The notes under the pieces are model-generated. The model did not search any database. It was not told where the DNA came from and worked only from the letters and a program-made list of their open reading frames with translations. Below are positions 61,816 to 64,000 of a DNA stretch of 64,000 nt, one piece after another. The DNA is from Lama guanicoe (taxonomy: Eukaryota), in the NCBI GenBank assembly GCA_013239625.1, contig MU053652.1:1428001-1492000 (forward strand), in the 5' to 3' direction. Made by a program: the position numbers and the translations under genes. Within the stretch, counting starts at the first letter, position 1; every line of letters starts with the position of its first letter.

Positions 61816-63487
61816 TATCCTTTTGGAAGCTGAGTGGAATGCAGAGGAACCATCTACCAGAATGGAGGGCTTTGAGTTTCGAAATCTGACATGACCAGTA
61901 GAGGCAGGGGTGTAAAAATCTTTTGAGGAGTCCAGTTCAGGTTAAGAAGACTGCTATCTTTCTTCTAGAGTTGATAGGGAAGAACAGGGTCTTTGAGCAT
62001 TCCTGAGGCTGCTAGTTAAAATAGATACTATTAGCTTAATAAAAATGTAGAAACTTCTAGAAAACACACCAGTGTTACAGTCCTCCTTAGAGAAAGCAGT
62101 CTGAAGAAGACGGTGTGCACACCGGATCCAGGCAACACGAAATAAGGACAACCCCAGGAGGTACCGGGAGAAGCCGCACCGCTGGTCCAGGGGGAGGCAG
62201 TTCTCCTCCCAGCTGGCCTTGACCCACTTAGCTTTCTGAGAGTGAAAAGTGGTTTGTGGGAGGGGAGTGTAAGAGAAACAGCCTCAGCGGGATAGAAGTA
62301 ACGGTTTCCTGGCAATCTTTGCAAGTTGTTGGTCCTCCCTGGGGCCAACCTGGGAAGGCTTTGTCAAGGAGGGGAGGTTTTAGTTTAAGTGTATGGCTTC
62401 TCGTATATTTTGTTTAGAGAGCTAATACGTGTTCGTCGTAGAACATCCGCATGATGCAGAGAAATAAAAACAGAAAGAAAAATCACCCTGAAATCCCTAC
62501 GCCCCCTCCCCAGGCAAGCACAGTTCCAGGCCTCCTTCTGGGCGGATATTCACGTGTAATTAGAAGTTTTGCACACATGGGATCCCGTTGTGCTGAACAC
62601 GACTTCTTTTTATCCTCTCTCGTCTCTCTCCTTTGCATCCTGTTTTTCACTTGGAGAGCTGCTGCTTGTTGGTGACTGTAGACTGGCTTTATGCCTCGTA
62701 CCGTCCACGTCCCATTCCTTTGCACGGCTCCCTTGGGGACAGAATTGGGGGCTGGGTGGTGGGAAGGGGTGATATGGCTGTTCTCTGGCTGGAGGTGAAG
62801 CGTGGGGTGATGGAAAATGAGTTCTTGATGGAGTTTCGAGTGAAGACGGAGGTTAAGTTGGAGACAAGGAGGTAGGTAAGAAAAGGTAAAGGTGACAAGC
62901 CTCGTGAAGAAGTGAATGGCCTCTCGTCCTCCTGACCCTCCTTCCCGAGCATAATGCAAACTCATCCCATCTCTTCCCTCAGTGAGCAATTTAAGGGACC
63001 CGCCAACTGGCTTATGCCCACCTGCACCTTGGAGAGTCTCTGGCACCTGTTCTGTTGGGCAGATGCCCGTGGTGGTTACCTGGTCCAGCCTGAGATGGTC
63101 AGAAGTGGGTCACATGCATCACTCCCCCCAGAAAGCCCCAGGAAGCTGCACTGCCAACCAGGACATGAAGTGGATAAACGATCCTGGCCTGAGAACCTGC
63201 AGGGTGATTTGCTCCAGGCACATCCTCCGTAGTAAATAGGTCTCTTCTGAAAACCAAATGGTAGGTCAGAGGCTTATTTTCTGGATCCAGAACCAGACCA
63301 AAAGGTATTAGAAAATAATTTCCTAGGTTCTGAGCTGAGGGGAGATTTACCGTATTGACACTTCAGTATTCCCCCAGGCTGGTCTTTGAGTTTATTTAAA
63401 TCGTTCCGTCTTACATGTCCTTTATTCAGTCTTTTCTTCTGCCTGTACGGTCATCAAATGGCAGACATATCACTCTGTGAAAATTCG

Positions 63488-63635
63488 GGGTCTGAAGTCC
63501 ACCTGGTTTCACACACTGGCTCCATTACCTACCAGCTGTGTGACCTTGGAAAAGTTATTTGACTTCTCTGAGCACCATTTCTTCAGCTATAAGATGAGGA
63601 TATGAATGTTCCCGTACCACACAGGTGCTGTGACC
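63488..63635 (+). mobile_element. MIR SINE fragment
   Basis: ctggctccattacctaccagctgtgtgaccttggaaaagttatttgacttctctgagc. Confidence 0.85.
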
Positions 63636-64000
63636 GGGTCTTTATTTTCATAGCTTCGGTTCCACACTCAAAGCACACGTCGGTCGACCTGGTTCCCACC
63701 ATGCTCTCCTGTCAGCATCACTTTTCAGACTCAGGTGATGTGCACATCCATGACTTGCCTTCCTCTGTGTAACTGTGCTTATGGGTTCTCCTTGTTGAAG
63801 GAGCTCATCACAGCGCTTTGGTTTAAAATGCTTCCTACAGGCACCATAAGGGACAGACATGAACACAGTGCAGTGATTCGGGTCACCTCAGGACTTCATC
63901 CCTAACTCTGCTTAAATACATTAATGAGAACCAGAAATAAAACTTCAAAACTAGAAGTAGGAGGTGGCAAGCAATGCTTCGGGCCAATGAGATAACGGAC

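Noticed and set aside
62483..63046. 187-aa minus-strand ORF
   Set aside because: Partly overlaps degraded repeat-like sequence, has no recognisable domain, and is probably a chance ORF.
1..64000. CRISPR array, operon or prokaryotic-type defence system; miRNA, snoRNA or snRNA genes
   Set aside because: The sequence is mammalian and repeat-rich, with no regularly spaced repeat-spacer array or dense coding. I recognised no small-RNA gene by eye; an Rfam/miRBase scan would be needed to exclude one.

Overview
This is mammalian, non-genic (intergenic or intronic) DNA, most likely from a camelid. That call rests on two short tRNA-Ala-derived SINEs resembling Vic-1, plus cetartiodactyl-type L1 3' ends. 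I found no intact protein-coding gene, functional RNA gene or CRISPR array. A large part of the window is recognisable transposon debris: L1, HAL1, L2, MIR, MaLR/MLT1, MLT2, LTR16, MER21, MER31, MER5 and MER58. Two processed pseudogenes stand out. One is a full-length RPL32 retrocopy (minus strand, ~57370-57893) nested inside a MaLR LTR. The other is a heavily decayed cTAGE5/MIA2-type retrocopy (plus strand, ~48325-49990) that appears to interrupt a HAL1 element and lacks most of the proline-rich C-terminus. Smaller oddities are a near-perfect tandem duplication whose copies differ mainly in (TG)n length, a 3'-truncated L1 with perfect target-site duplications (TSDs), and a few candidate regulatory or non-B-DNA motifs. 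Repeat family names and protein matches come from recalled consensus sequences, not database searches. Boundaries without TSDs are approximate. I see no evidence for a novel biological system.
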